Shown: positions 38,813 through 52,889 of the stretch, in pieces
Layout of the letters: the number at the start of each line of letters is the position of its first letter
Position numbering within the stretch: position 1 is the stretch's first letter
DNA from: the human T2T-CHM13v2.0 reference genome, Homo sapiens
NCBI RefSeq assembly: GCF_009914755.1
Contig: NC_060935.1
Length of the DNA: 64,000 nt
Reading direction: 5' to 3' (one strand)
Notes under the pieces: model-generated
Seen by the model: only the letters and a program-made list of their open reading frames with translations
Told to the model about the DNA's origin: nothing
Databases searched by the model: none
Position numbers and translations under genes: made by a program

Positions 38813-38890
38813 TTAGGTTGGTACAAATGTATTTACGGTTTTTGCCATTGAAAGTAATGGCAAACCGCAATTACTTCTGCACCAACCTAA
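38813..38890. mobile_element. MADE1 (Hsmar1 mariner MITE)
   Basis: 78 bp with TIRs ttaggttggt...accaacctaa, central ttgccattgaaagtaatggcaa, and TA TSD on both sides. Confidence 0.95.
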
Positions 38891-39015
38891 TAGAACACTT
38901 ACACTTTGTTGGTGTGAATGTACAGTGGCACAAATGCTTTGAAAACCAGTTTAGTTGATCCTCCAACAGTTAAACATAAAGTTATTGTGTGATCTAGCAA
39001 TTATATTCTTATATA

Positions 39016-39364
39016 CACTCAGGCACTGCATAATGGCATATTAGTCAATAAAGAACCACTATATGACAGTGGTCCCATACAATTATAATACCGTATTTTT
39101 ACTGTAGCTTTTCTATGTGTAGGCATGTTTAGATACACAAATACTTACCATTGTGTTATAATTGTCTACAGTATGCAATACAGTAAATTGCTGTACAGGT
39201 TTACAGCCTAGGAGCAATAAGCTATAACTTATAGCCTAGGTGGGTTGTTGGCTATACCATCTGGATTTGTGTAAGTACATTATATGATCTTTGCTCAACA
39301 ATGAAATCTCCTAATGACACATTTCTAATAATGTATTCTCATCTTTAAGTGACCTATGACTTTG
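39016..39364 (+). mobile_element. Tigger3a (MER7A) element
   Basis: tatgacagtggtcccata...tttagatacacaaatacttaccattgtgtta...gcctaggagcaataagctata...ttaagtgacctatgac; flanked by TA. Confidence 0.88.
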
Positions 39365-40709
39365 TATATATCCAAAAATGAAAATATATGACAAAAATAC
39401 TTGTACATAAATGTTTATGGAAGTATTATTCATGATAGACACAAATTTTGAAACAGTTCAAATGTCTATAAACTCACAAATCAGTAATCAAAAGGTAGTA
39501 TATCTATACACAGGAATATCATTCCACCATAAAAAGGGAAGAAGTAAGTACCCAATACATGAAGCAAGATAAATAAACCTTGAAAATATGCTGAATGAGA
39601 GAAACCAGATATAAAAGGCCACATATTATATGATTTTATTTATATGAAATATTCTTCTTTACAAATTCTCTTAAAAAGGGGTCAGCTCCAGGCAGTTCTA
39701 TTTGGTACAATGTGATCACTGTCCTCTTAGCCACATCCACAGTTGGACTACAGTGAGCCCCCTACATAAGGGCAGTTAGTTGAAGGCTGACTACCAACCT
39801 GGGATGTGACCTGTTGAATTGGGTTATTGGCATTCACGCTATTGGATAAGTAAGTAGAAATACTAAAATTATAAGGCATTTGGCAGTTTAATCAGGATTG
39901 CAACAGTGAATAGGTGGTACTCTCAAATTAGAATAATTTAAAACGGACTTAATAAAGTCACAGAGGTGGGGTGTGGACAAAGAAAAAAAGCTTGGGGTGG
40001 GCAAGGGATGGGCATTTCTGTCAGAGGAGATAATAGCTGGCTGGTCCCAGGAAGGCTTAGGACACTAAGAAGGGTATGGAAAGACTGGAGCATAAGGCAT
40101 CAGGGAAAAAACCTACGGAGGTGAGACTTAAAAAGTTTGGAAGTAACAAAACACAAAAGCATTTTTTTATAAAGTATGGTAATGTAAGACATAAATGGAT
40201 TGAAAGCTCTCTTAAGGGATGCTCACAATTTGAGGACTCTAGAGTTGTATAATCTCTGCAAAGATTTTAATACTTTTTTTTCTGTAGAATCAAGCACATA
40301 TTGGGTCACTGAATTTAATAAATGCCTTCATATTTCTGTAAAAGAAGCTGAACCTCCCTTCTCCTCTGAGTTAAGTACCAAAAAATTCTAACCATGAAGT
40401 CTGTTTCCCTTTTCTGAATGATCGTTCTTTTTCCTTTCATCCTCTTTTGAATCTCTTCTGGGCTAAATGCTGCTATAAAATCTGCAAAAGCCTATAATGC
40501 TTCCAAAATGGGTCCCTAATTCTAGATAGGAGAGTCAAATACATTCACACCCACCTATAAAATGCCTAAGGAATAGCCACTCCCGGTAGAATTTACTCAC
40601 AACAAAATTTCTTAGCAACTTAGTTTTGTTGAAAAAGTTGGCTTTTAATGGAAGTAGATATTTAAATATTTATTTTAACAATCAACTTTTGTGAATGTGA
40701 GCCAAACAG

Positions 40710-41470
40710 AACTTCTGGGAAGATGGAGTACATCTTTTTGTTTTTCATTTGTTTGTTTTGTTTTTTGTTTTTCCCTATTCCTCCTTTTAAGTATAGAAAA
40801 AGAGGCAGCATTACAAGACAAAAACTTTTAGATAATAGCTGCTCTACTCTAGCAAAGCACCTCAGATAAAACTGAGATACTTCTTTTATTCAGGAAAAAC
40901 TGAGTGGGAAACATAGATGTCTATTCTCATCAGGTTATAATGGGTGGCCCCAGTCCCCTCCCCACACCAAGGTGGTGTCAGAGAAGGTTGAATAGGGAGC
41001 TGAAAATTTCATTCTGGAAGGGATGGCAACCACCCCTGGCCCCATGGTGACGTGGAGACCACATAAAGAGGTACTACTTCTTCCTGCTGGGATGAAAACA
41101 GGAGACATCAAATGACGTGCCAGGACTCCCACCACCACCAATTGCCAATGAGGTACCCATCCATGGTGTCAGTGGAAGCCAAATGTGGAGCAGTAATGAA
41201 GTACTCCAACCCATCCACGGATGGAGCAGTGAAGGCCTAGCTGGGAGCCGGAACTCCCATTTCTGTCCAGCATTCACAAAGAGCCTAGTCTTTGAATGCC
41301 AACAGAGGCTGAGTGGCGAACTTGGAAATCTATTTCTACCTTTGCCTGCATGGGGCCAGGAAAGGCAAACCCAGTGAGCAGTGTACTCAAGCAAGTGGTA
41401 ATTGTTTTTATGATCCAAGACCACATCCACCCCAAATGACAATGCAGGTGGCTGAACTAGAATTAAGTTT
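40710..41470 (+). mobile_element. Old L1M 5' UTR with degenerate monomer repeats (L1MD-like)
   Basis: Begins acttctgggaagatggag; recurring (cc)atggtg(t/a)c(a)gtgga and ggagcagt(a/g)a motifs at ~40970, 41043, 41161 and 41221. Confidence 0.5.
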
Positions 41471-41779
41471 GAATTTATCAGGCACTTTTTTATTCAGATG
41501 GCCATTCAGAAACATATAAGGCAAGCTTCCTCAGAGTAGAAGTCAAGAGGAAGAAGAAACATCATGCCTAGGACTGGTCATAGCAAAATACCTGATTTTT
41601 TAAATAGTTTATCTAACTCAACATTTCTTTCATTAACAAAGATAAGTAAACCTTTGTTGTGGACAACCATTTTTAATTACTAAACTGCCTTGCTAAGGTG
41701 TATGGACGAGGAGAAGGTGAGAGCAATAGAGAGCAGAAACCTTTTTGAGTTTATTTTTAGAAGTCCATTCCACCTCATG

Positions 41780-42535
41780 ATGATGTCAGCAACCTGGGGA
41801 AAATAAAGGGTATGAAGTGTCCATCAAATGCTGTGACAATTGACCTACTGTTGAGCAGTCTTTGCTACAAAATGTACACCATTATCATTGACTATGGATG
41901 AGCTGAAAACATGATAGTTTTGTTTCAAGGGAAAATATGTTACCAGAATCAGCTGGTCAGACTGAAATAGTAGTGAGGCCCCGTTGCCCAGAGGAATGGG
42001 CAAATACTCCAATGTGGTCAATTTGCCAGAAGTAAGCAGAGGCAAACCCCATGCATTATAGCCTCTGTCACCATGAAACAAATGGGAGAATTATTGGTGA
42101 GAGTCACCACATGAAATATTTGATGTGCAAGGATAGCATTTGCATCATAAACACATAGTCTTTAGCTTTGTGCCCATTCCGTGATGTTGGATGGATTACC
42201 ATGTCTGGTTTGATTATAGATCTAGGTAGAGTTTTCAGTGAACAGGCAGTGCTATCTTGATCAGTAATTTGATTGCAGTCAATGTCATCAGAGAATGGGC
42301 CCTAACTGTGGGTGTCTACCTGAGTGATCCAGACTGTTCAATTAGCAGCAGTGATTTATTTCTGCGTTTTATGGCCTGGAAGAGAGAAATCTTTAATATG
42401 TGAGTCTGCAGTCTTCCAAGTAGCAACTCATAGGACTAGGACATTGGCAGCAAGCCAAAGTTCAGTAAAATATGTCATACCTAGTTCTTAGGAATATTGT
42501 CCTAGGCAAGAGTCACGACTTTCAGTTTAGCCCAT
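41780..42535 (-). pseudogene. ERVL-type endogenous retrovirus pol remnant (RNase H plus integrase)
   Basis: Minus-strand frames give SWLAANVL..TWKTADSHIKD and VWITQVDTHS*GPFSDDIDCNQITDQ (RNase H), HGNPSNITEWAQ (IN N-terminus), FWQIDHIG and SIVNDNGVHFVAKTAQQ*VNCHSI*WTLHTLYFPQVA (IN core). Many stops and frameshifts. Confidence 0.85.
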
Positions 42536-42539
42536 TGTT

Positions 42540-42990
42540 TTGATTTGCCCTTACTGCTGTGATTCTTCCACAGTTGCTATTGCCCCATGTAAGCTCCTTG
42601 AATTATTCTACCTGCACTTTTCTGTTAGTTCTTTCTCTGGTTGTGGTAGTTTTCCCACATGCTTATGTGAGACGGCTTATGTTAGTCCTCTGCATATCTC
42701 CAGAGCTCTGCTCTCCTTGAACTTGGAAGTCTTTTTCCTTAACTCATTGAGATTGCTGAGCTCTGTTAAGATTCTTAACTCCTCTGTTTTAAGGTCTGTC
42801 TGCAGCCAGTAAGCTGGGGAAATCATAGGGCACATCTAGCTTGGTCCTTTTCTCAGTGATCACTGTTCTACGCTGCTGGTTATCCAATGTCTTAAACTAT
42901 CATTTCATGTATTTTATCCAGTTTATAGTTTTTCAGAATGGGAGGTTAAATCTGGCTCCTTTACGCCATCATGACCAAAAGTGGAAGCTC
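42540..42990 (-). mobile_element. Old L1ME 5'-region fragment
   Basis: gatcactgttctacgctgctggttatccaatgtc...gggaggttaaatctggctcc...ccatcatgaccaaaagtggaag, antisense L1M 5' end pattern. Confidence 0.5.
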
Positions 42991-43934
42991 CCTAATCTCT
43001 TTTGTAGTTGGAGAAATACAAAGGTGTTTTTTTTTTTTCCTTACACTTACTTCCTTTAGAAGATCCTTACTCTGAGAGAAAAAATAAGGGCCAGGATGGC
43101 TGAGAGGTGAAAAAAAAAAAAAGGCAACTTAGGATATATCCAGAAATAAAAATTGTCCAAGAGCTTGGTGTGTTATTTGTCCTATGTTTCTAAGGATCTT
43201 AATCACCACATGAGTATATATGCTGCAGAGTCTCAGCCCTAATTCATAAAATGATAAAGCAAAGGAAATACCCAAGCTTTTTCAGGGGGTGCAGAGCCTC
43301 ATCAATGGCATTGCAGGATGCTCCTATGATTATGAGTTTATTGACCTCCTCTCTATCCTGCTTCTTACACACTCTCCTTGGCAAGTACACTCTTTGAATG
43401 AGACTGATGAAATACAGCCTGAGCAGGGAGCAGTCTCAGCATCACAGCACCACTTTGATGAGCCACAGGCTGAAGATAAATGACTAGGGAATATATCCAA
43501 TTTATTCATTGGATTTTCCCATATAATTTCCAGCCAAGATTCCTTACAGGGCAAAGGAAAAGCCAAAGCAGACACCAGTGATTCAGTAACCTTCTCTTCC
43601 CAACTACTGTCTCCTCTCTTGACATATATATGTTTTAAAATAGCCACATGTATCTAAATGCAGATTTTGTCTCTGTCTGGATTTTAAAGTTCATCTGTTC
43701 AACATTTTTTCTTCCGTTTTAGATCTCTGTTCCCAATGATTAGTCCTGAAACATATGTTTTGCTATACTTTCAAATAGTGAGGCACGATGGCCGGGCTTT
43801 GTTGTTGTTTTCTTATGAATTCTGTAAATTTCACTCACCTTTTGACTAATTTTCCATTCTTAGTACTATAGCAGAAGTCGGTAAGTGACCTGTCTCTTTT
43901 TTAAGTGTGTGAAAGGGGAAGGGAGAAAGGACAA

Positions 43935-44130
43935 TTATTTTGTAGCCATTAAGAACATTTTTACTCTGTAGCAGGCTCCGTACTTGTGATTGTATATAGG
44001 GTATCACATTAACCTTGTGGTTTAGTTATTAACTATTCTGAAAACAGATGAAGAAATTCAGACTCAGAAAAACCCAGACCTGTGCCTAGTTTGTTTCAAT
44101 TCCCCAGATTAACAAGTCTTTCCCTTATAT
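43935..44130 (-). mobile_element. MIR
   Basis: aacatttttactctgtagcaggc...ctattctgaaaacagatgaagaaattcagactcagaaa. Confidence 0.55.
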
Positions 44131-44169
44131 TCTTCTACTTCTCAAATTTATTTTGAAAAATTAAGCAGT

Positions 44170-44645
44170 GTTTTTCTTTTATTTTTATACACATTTATCT
44201 AAAAAGTAATATAAAAATCTATTCTTGTTATAATATTTATGAGCAATTCACAGTGGCTAAATGCCATTAATTTTTACTCAAACCCCATTCTTCTCCTCTG
44301 AGTAACCAATGATAATAATTTTGAGTCTTGTATTGTTTACATACAGATATATGTAAGAGCACAAATTTACAATTTAGTAACTTTTTAAAAAATGGCATTA
44401 CATTATGTATTATGTTCTGCAATTTTCTTACTTTTTGATTTAAAACTAAGTCTTTGATTTTTTTCTACATCAAACATAATATGCAGACTTTTAAATTGCT
44501 GCATGATTATCCCATGCTATAGCTTAGTTTCAAAAAATCATTTCTCTATTGTTAGAGTATACAATATTTCTAATTTTAGGTATCATAAATAACACTGCAG
44601 CCAACCCCCATAGAGAAACATCTTTTTAAACATGTATTATTCATT
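44170..44645 (-). mobile_element. Old L1ME fragment
   Basis: aaaaatggcattacattatgtattatgttctgcaa...ttttaaattgctgcatgattatccc...ataaataacactgcag. Confidence 0.55.
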
Positions 44646-45375
44646 TTTCTCTCTTTATTTAGCACTTTTTCATCCTTTAATTTAAGAGATTGTAGTTTAA
44701 TTAGCAAATGCTCCATCCAGTAGCTCTGCCAGATTTATCTCAATCTTGCTAAGGAGTTGAAATGATCCCCTTCTCATTCTGACAGTTTTGTGCTAATATC
44801 GCCAGCCAGACATCAAAATTCCTGATTCACAGCCATTCGGCTTTTAGGAATATTGAGTGTTCCAGTGCTCACATTGTCAGAGCAGGTTCATAGAATTATA
44901 GAAATAAGAGACTGAAATGACCTACTGGGCCAACTGTTCTATACACCTGCTGGCACAAGATTGTTCCTTACAATATACATTATTAATGAGATGAACTGGA
45001 ATATATTTTTTAGAATAAATCCTTCCACTTGAACAAAAAAAAGTATGATGTCTTCAATGAGAACAGGAATCCTTCCAAATGAATGATTTCAGAGTCATAT
45101 AAAGAGTGGGGACATAGCCTTATTACAATCCTAACAAGATCATGTCTAGCAATGTCATTATGTCTAATTTAAAATGTTCTAAATTAGTAGAACCTCTACT
45201 GTTCTCTCAGGACACTATTTCATTATTTAAGACTGATTACCAACAGAGAAAAATTCTATCTCCAAAATAAATTTGCTAATATTCTTCAGTCTTGTCTGGG
45301 GAAAGATTGATGGCTGAAGGAATAGGACAGATTCTGACCTGTGAAATAATGACTTAAATTAAGAGGAATAGTATC

Positions 45376-45689
<314 letters not shown>

Positions 45690-45866
45690 TCAAGATAGAG
45701 ATGTGACCCTCCACAACACACAAAAATATAAAATTTGGTAATTTTATATACCCATATTTATTTGGCAATAAATATTCAGTTCCTAGCACAGTGCTTAGCA
45801 CATACTCAATAAATGGTTCTTTCTCATACCACTGGTATAGCAAATCCCATATCTTTAAGAGAATGA

Positions 45867-46509
<643 letters not shown>

Positions 46510-46858
46510 TGATATGGTTTGGCTGTGTCCTCATCCAAATTTCAACTTGAATTGTCTCTCCCAGAATTCCCACATATTGTGGGAGGGACCCAGAGGGAGG
46601 TAATTGAATTATGGGGGCCAGCCTCTTCTGTGCTATTCTTGTAATAGTTAATAAGTTTCACGAGATCTGATGGGTTCATCAGGGGTTTCCACTTTTGCTT
46701 TTTCCTCATTTTCTCTTACCACTGCCATGTAAGAAGTGCCTCTCACCTCCCACCATGATTGTGTGGCCTTCCAGCCATGTGGAACTCTAAGTCCAATTAA
46801 ACCTCTTCTCCTTCCCAGTCTCGGGTATGTCTTTATCAGCAGTGTGAAAACTAATACA
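46510..46858 (+). mobile_element. THE1 (THE1A-like) MaLR solo LTR
   Basis: tgatatggtttggctgtgtcc...ccaattaaacctc...ctaataca; 5-bp TSD ccttc on both sides. Confidence 0.93.
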
Positions 46859-46991
46859 CCTTCCTTCACCAATTCTTTAAAAAAAATACCTGTGAATTTA
46901 AGTATTCTGGCAGATAATGTTAAAATTTTGACTCTTTATGTATAACAACACAGAGAATCTGCTTTTTTGAATGAACGAAAAAGAAAATTGA

Positions 46992-47305
<314 letters not shown>

Positions 47306-48700
47306 AAAATTGAGTCAAAATCGTCTTATTTCTGTGTGATGCAGAGTACTGCATCTTGAGTGATTATTTGCATACATGTCTGTCCCTATAGTCTTTAGCC
47401 TTTTTGTGGAAAATATCTTCATATTACTCATATTTTCAAATTTATAACTTACTATAATAGCTAGTAAACCAGAGACAACGAAGATTTGTTGAATAGACAA
47501 ATTAATGAACCAAAATTTCTTTCTTCTATAAGCTGAACTGTTATTATATTATCATTGTCAGTAAGACACTTTATGGATCTAGAAGAAGCTTAATAGATCA
47601 ATTAATATAACAAACTCATTTTATAGATAAAAAAGATAACTAGAAAGATAATTTATAAATCAGGTTTGACTAGAGGTAAAATAATGTATTTATTTTAAGT
47701 TTGAGAAAATTATTTAGAATGAAGTATAGAAAGTAAAAATAAAAGCATTGCCATGATATAGTCATTTAATAATCCATGATTTTAACCAATAATGCATGGC
47801 CATTACTGTGTTACTGGAATGTATTCCAGTGTTATTCACACTTAATCAGATATTAACCTCTTGTATTTCTAGTAATGGATGATCTAGCTCATGGAGCTCC
47901 CATTTCTCGCTTATTCATAATCTGAGATGTTCTATTATTTTAGCCTTTAGTTTTATTCTCTGGTGTCATCACAAGATGGTGCCAGTGTGTCTCTCTCACC
48001 ACAGAATAAGAATCAACAGATAATCTTCATGTTACTTGCATTGGAGGTTGGATACAGGTCTGGTAAATTCCAAGGATTTTTCACATTTTATTATTTCTGT
48101 TGAAATTCCAATATCTTCTCCCAAGCAATTAGTGAATAAATCTCTCAGAGTTGCCTTCAAAGTGTATATATTTCTCTATCTAAGAGGCTCCCATGCCCAT
48201 GAATGACTCATACAATACTTCTGCTGATTTCAATGAGCTTCATCCATCTATGGGAAAACACAAACAACATCCCTATACATACAGGGTTATGGTCATTATT
48301 CTTGTTATTGCCTTTTCTACCAGGAACTTCTGTATATTATGTATAAATCTCAACTCATAAACTCATCTCTTGATTTCCATAGCCTTGTAAATAATTTAAT
48401 ATCAGTCATATTTGTTGTTTTCCTCACTTCAAGTTTTTGGAATTGTAAACCACACTAAACATCAGGGATGACTAATTCATCACTGATTATGTTTCCTTTA
48501 AGAATTTTATTATCCAGCTGGCAACACCAATTGCCCATTGTGTCTGCGCCTTCCTTATGCATGGGAATTACCATATTGGCTGGAATTGCTGGACCCTTCC
48601 AGTCTTCTCAATGTAATGTGTGTTCATTACTACTGAGGTTCTGCCACATCTTTGGAGATGCTGCCACATGGCATCTCCCCCCACACAGCGCCATACACAA

Positions 48701-48751
48701 AGACACACAGACACACAGACACAGACACACACACACACACACACACACACC
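48701..48751. repeat. (GACACA)n/(CA)n microsatellite
   Basis: Read directly. Confidence 0.9.
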
Positions 48752-49079
48752 ACTCAACCTGCAAGAATCCTTATTTAGTCTAGAGATACAGCATGTTTCT
48801 TCAAATTCTATTATTTTCAGTGGGTTAAGACACTGGGAAACAAAAGTCTAGAAGCACAAAAACTAATCTCATATGAGGAAAGAAAGTAGAATGTGGCCAC
48901 CTCCTTAAGGGGGGAAAGAAAGGGAGGAGAACATAAAAAAAAAAACAAAAAAAAAACACAGAATATGCAATAAAAACATAAGTCTCTGTCTCAAAAAATT
49001 ATCGTGATAAATATATATGGAAATTCATTCAATGCTACAGACACCACATGCCACACTTTTTTTTTTAATTGCACGCTGC

Positions 49080-49387
49080 TTCTCTAATTCAACCAACAAT
49101 GAATTGAAGTATTTTTAAAAAACATAATAAAAATAACAATACAACAATAAAAATAATAAATATTTAAAAGTAATACAGTGTAACAATTTGTACAACATCT
49201 ATATTGTTATGTAAATTAAATATAAGTACTCTAGAAATGATTTAAACTATATGGGAGAAGGTATGTAGGTTATCTGCAAATACTACACTATTTTATATAA
49301 GGGACTTAAGCCTCTGTGGATTTTGGTATTCACAGGGGTTCTGGAACCAATCCCCCAAATCCTCCATGGATACCAAAGAATAACTGT
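49080..49387 (-). mobile_element. MER2-family Tigger element
   Basis: tctagaaatgatttaaactata...gtaggttatctgcaaatactac...ttttatataagggactt...ctggaaccaatccccc...ggataccaaagaataactg followed by TA. Confidence 0.85.
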
Positions 49388-49759
49388 ATTACTATATGGA
49401 GGAAGCTTTGCCAAGTTTTGCTAAAACACTAACAACAAACAAACTGAACCAATGTCTGCAAATGGGAGAGCTCATTAACTAGCAAATGTCCCTGAATCAA
49501 TGAATCGATTGCTTATGAATAAATTAATCATATAATGCCTTAATCCCCAAAGGATTTAATGCAGCACTAAATTATTAAACTACAGTGAAATATGCATAAT
49601 TTTCCACTATTAATCTGACTGTCTTTGATCAGTCCACAGTGAGGCTGCATCTTAAGTTAGGATAGAGTTGGATGCATATAGAAGCTACAGGATTCCTTGG
49701 TATTACATGTTCCAGTTTTTAGCTTTCCCACCCATGTATATATTATTTTAAATTTATTA

Positions 49760-50081
49760 TTGTTATTTATTTATTTATTTGTTATTAATTAATTTATTTA
49801 TTTTTTGAGATGGAGTCTCGCTCTGTCACCCAGGCTGGAGTGCAGTGGCGCGACATCAGCTCACTGCAACCTCCGCCTCCTGGGTTCAAGTGATTCTCCT
49901 GCCTCAGTCTCCTGGAGAAGCTGGGATTACAAGCATATGTCACCACTCCCGGCTAACTTTTGTATTTTTAGTAGAGATGGGGTTTTACCATGTTGGCCAG
50001 GCTGGTCTCGAGCTTCTAGCCTCAAGTGGTCTGCCCACCTCGGCCTCCCAAAGTCCTGGGATTACAGGTGTGAGCCAGGCC
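49760..50081 (-). mobile_element. Alu (AluS)
   Basis: (TTTA)n tail then gagatggagtctcgctctgtcacccagg...gtgtgagcca. Confidence 0.95.
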
Positions 50082-51707
50082 TGTACCAGGCCTGTTATTT
50101 GTTATTTACTCCATCATTTATTAGGATAATGAACCTTTTTCCAATGAAACACTTCCAGATAATTCTATGCAGAAGTACCGCTTTCTTGTAACTCTGATTA
50201 ACTCAAGAAACGGTAGTAAATGAATATTTTTAGGAAAGCTTTTTTCCCAACAGATTTACCAATGCTTTTCTCAAATTGGGTGTGTATGTGTGTGTGTTTT
50301 AATGAATTTGATCCAAAATCAAAATCAAAACAAAACAAAACAAAAAAACTACCCTTTGCCAAGTGACCTCAGGGTCCACTGACTTAATTAAACATTTAAT
50401 CATTGAAATATTTTAAAATGTCAAAACTTCGGCAACCAAATCATTTTATGCCCCAGAGCATGCCAGACTAGGAAAAAAAAAATAGTCTATGTAGCACGCC
50501 CTTAAGGTGAACAGTGAAATGCTTAATGCATTCACAGTTCTTGTAATGAAGCTACTTCCTAGAGCAAAAGGAAATACATACGTAATATTTTTTCTTAGCC
50601 TGTAGTATTTGGATGATGAGTATATCAGATTCAGTGACAGAGCTTTCTTCTTTCCTGTCTCTTACTCCTCAAGCCTCTCAATATTGATGCATTGCCTTCT
50701 TTTTCTTCGGTTTCAAGTTATATATACTGCATATTTTTCAGCATGTTCTAGTTTCTTAAACTTATCATCCTATCTTAGTTTAAATAGTTTTCCCCCAAGC
50801 TCCTTTTCTTCCCCAACATGTTAAATAATTGAGTTTGTTTTACCCATATTTTTTTCCATCTTGCCACTGCATTCTATTTCATCTTTCATACTGATTTCAT
50901 TAACTTTTATGCTAATTTTTATAAAGGTCTTTAGTATTATACAGAGAGGTCGGTGGGGGGGAATGAGATGTCCTTTTATTCAATCATTCATTTGTTCTTT
51001 TAATTATGAAACATTTACCTAATACCAATTATGAGCAAGGCCCTGCATATAAAGAAAGGCATAAGACTCATTCCTGTACTCCAAGCACTGATAGAAACCA
51101 AATAAACCAAACATCAAATTTGAGAGGATATGAAAGGTCATCTAGGTCAGCAGCTCCATTGGCAGACTATATCAGAGTCATCTCTAGGGTTTTAAAAAGT
51201 GCAGAGTTATGGATCTTGTACCTCAGACACAAAATAAGTGTTAAATTAATTTGGACACTTGAGTTATTTATTATGTATCTTAGGTGACTTTGGAATGTTG
51301 GAATGCCAATGAAGAACGACTTGAAAGCATAGATGTAGTCCAACCTACAATCAATTTCTTAAATTACTTTAGTATTATATATACAAAACAAAAAGAATTC
51401 AAGAAATCTTATTCCAACATTCCAAATATATGTATTAATACTTTAGAATGTATGTATGTATTTCATATATTACTATATACATTTATTCATATATTTCATA
51501 TATACATAGATATTTCATATATTTCTAGATACATATATTCTATATTCTTAAGTATATTCTATATACTATAGTATATACTGTGTGTATATATATATTCTAA
51601 AGTATACACACACATACATGTATATATTCTTTAGATTTAGTAAATCAGAATGTCAAATTTCTGAGACAGAAAATTCTAGCTTTGGACAGCTTTGACCATT
51701 ATAAATT

Positions 51708-51780
51708 CTTCTTGAAAAAAATAGTTATGTATCTTGAAAAGAATAGTTTATCTTCTTGAAAAAAATAGTTATGTATCTTC
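51708..51780. repeat. ~22-23-bp tandem repeat, about 3 copies
   Basis: tcttgaaaaaaatagttatgta / tcttgaaaagaatagtttatct / tcttgaaaaaaatagttatgta. Confidence 0.85.
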
Positions 51781-52889
51781 TACCAGTTGATTATTTTTAT
51801 TTCTCTTGTTTCTGAATAGGATTGAAATCCTTGGGGGCACAAACCACACACACAGGCACACATACACACACACACACACACACACGGTTCTGATATCTTT
51901 CTCTCAGTCCTTTGTGGTTAAAATACAATGTTACATTAAAACATGACATACAACATATGCATACAGAGATCAGATGGCTTTTTAAAAGATTGTATAATTA
52001 CTACTTAACAAAGACTTTTATTCAAACTTTTTTCATGACCTTCTCTTGCTAGTATATAAACTGCATACTTACTCTGCCGAATGGTTATCCAGCAACTATT
52101 GTTATCTATATACAACTACTACAGGAATATAATGTGTTACTATCCCCCAGGCATTCATTGAATGTTTCATACTATCACATGTTATTTATTCCCACATTTT
52201 TTCCTGTTTTATCCACATAATCCAAGCTGTCTTACTCAAAGCATATACTCCTCATAATTTCACTCTACCATCTTCTAAGAATAGAAATATTTTCTCATAA
52301 TATTTCAAAGATTATTTTATAGAACTTTAATGTAATTTTATATGAGTAAATAAGGTCTGCAGTTGCCCAGAGAATAACTTCTGTGTTAGGCTGGACTACC
52401 CGTGTTTCTCTCCGGCATTATCCAAACAATTATTCAAGGTTGTTTTGAGTCTCCCTCAGTGTTGTGATTCCACTGAAATTCTGTGCTCATGTTCCAAAAT
52501 CACAAGTCTGTGTCTAAGGATGTTGGGAGTTGAGAGTTGTGGGAGGCCTTGTTTTCCATCTGAAACAGACACTCAAAGAAGATACCAGCATTCTAACAGA
52601 CTCCAAGGCCCAAGGAGCCTTACATCTAATATCCTTTCAAACTCACTTTACTTCCTGATATTATATTAGCCAAACACTTGTGCTGAAAACAATAGCACAC
52701 TAAGGAAGGGAAAAGTAGAGAAATCCATAGTTCCCTTTCATTTCAATTATTTCTTACATCCCTGTAAGCTGGATATAGGATTTTTAGAATATATGTATGT
52801 TAGAAGTGAAATAAAAATCTTTGAACAGGATTTCTACTATTCCAGCAAAAACAAAACATATGCTTGCACAAGATTAAAAAATGCTGATG

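Larger units (their letters stand above)
38604..39652 (+). mobile_element. Old L1M ORF2 C-terminal fragment hosting MADE1 and Tigger3a
   Basis: atgggcaaaagatttaaacagacatttcttcaaagaagatatacaa...gaaatgcaagtcaaaagcacaatgagataccacttcac; the L1 resumes after each insert. Confidence 0.85.

Noticed and set aside
40960-41300. GC-richer stretch with recurring ccatggtg/ggagcagt motifs and overlapping ORFs of 68-122 aa
   Set aside because: Best explained as degenerate monomers of an old L1M 5' UTR; the peptides are unrecognisable.
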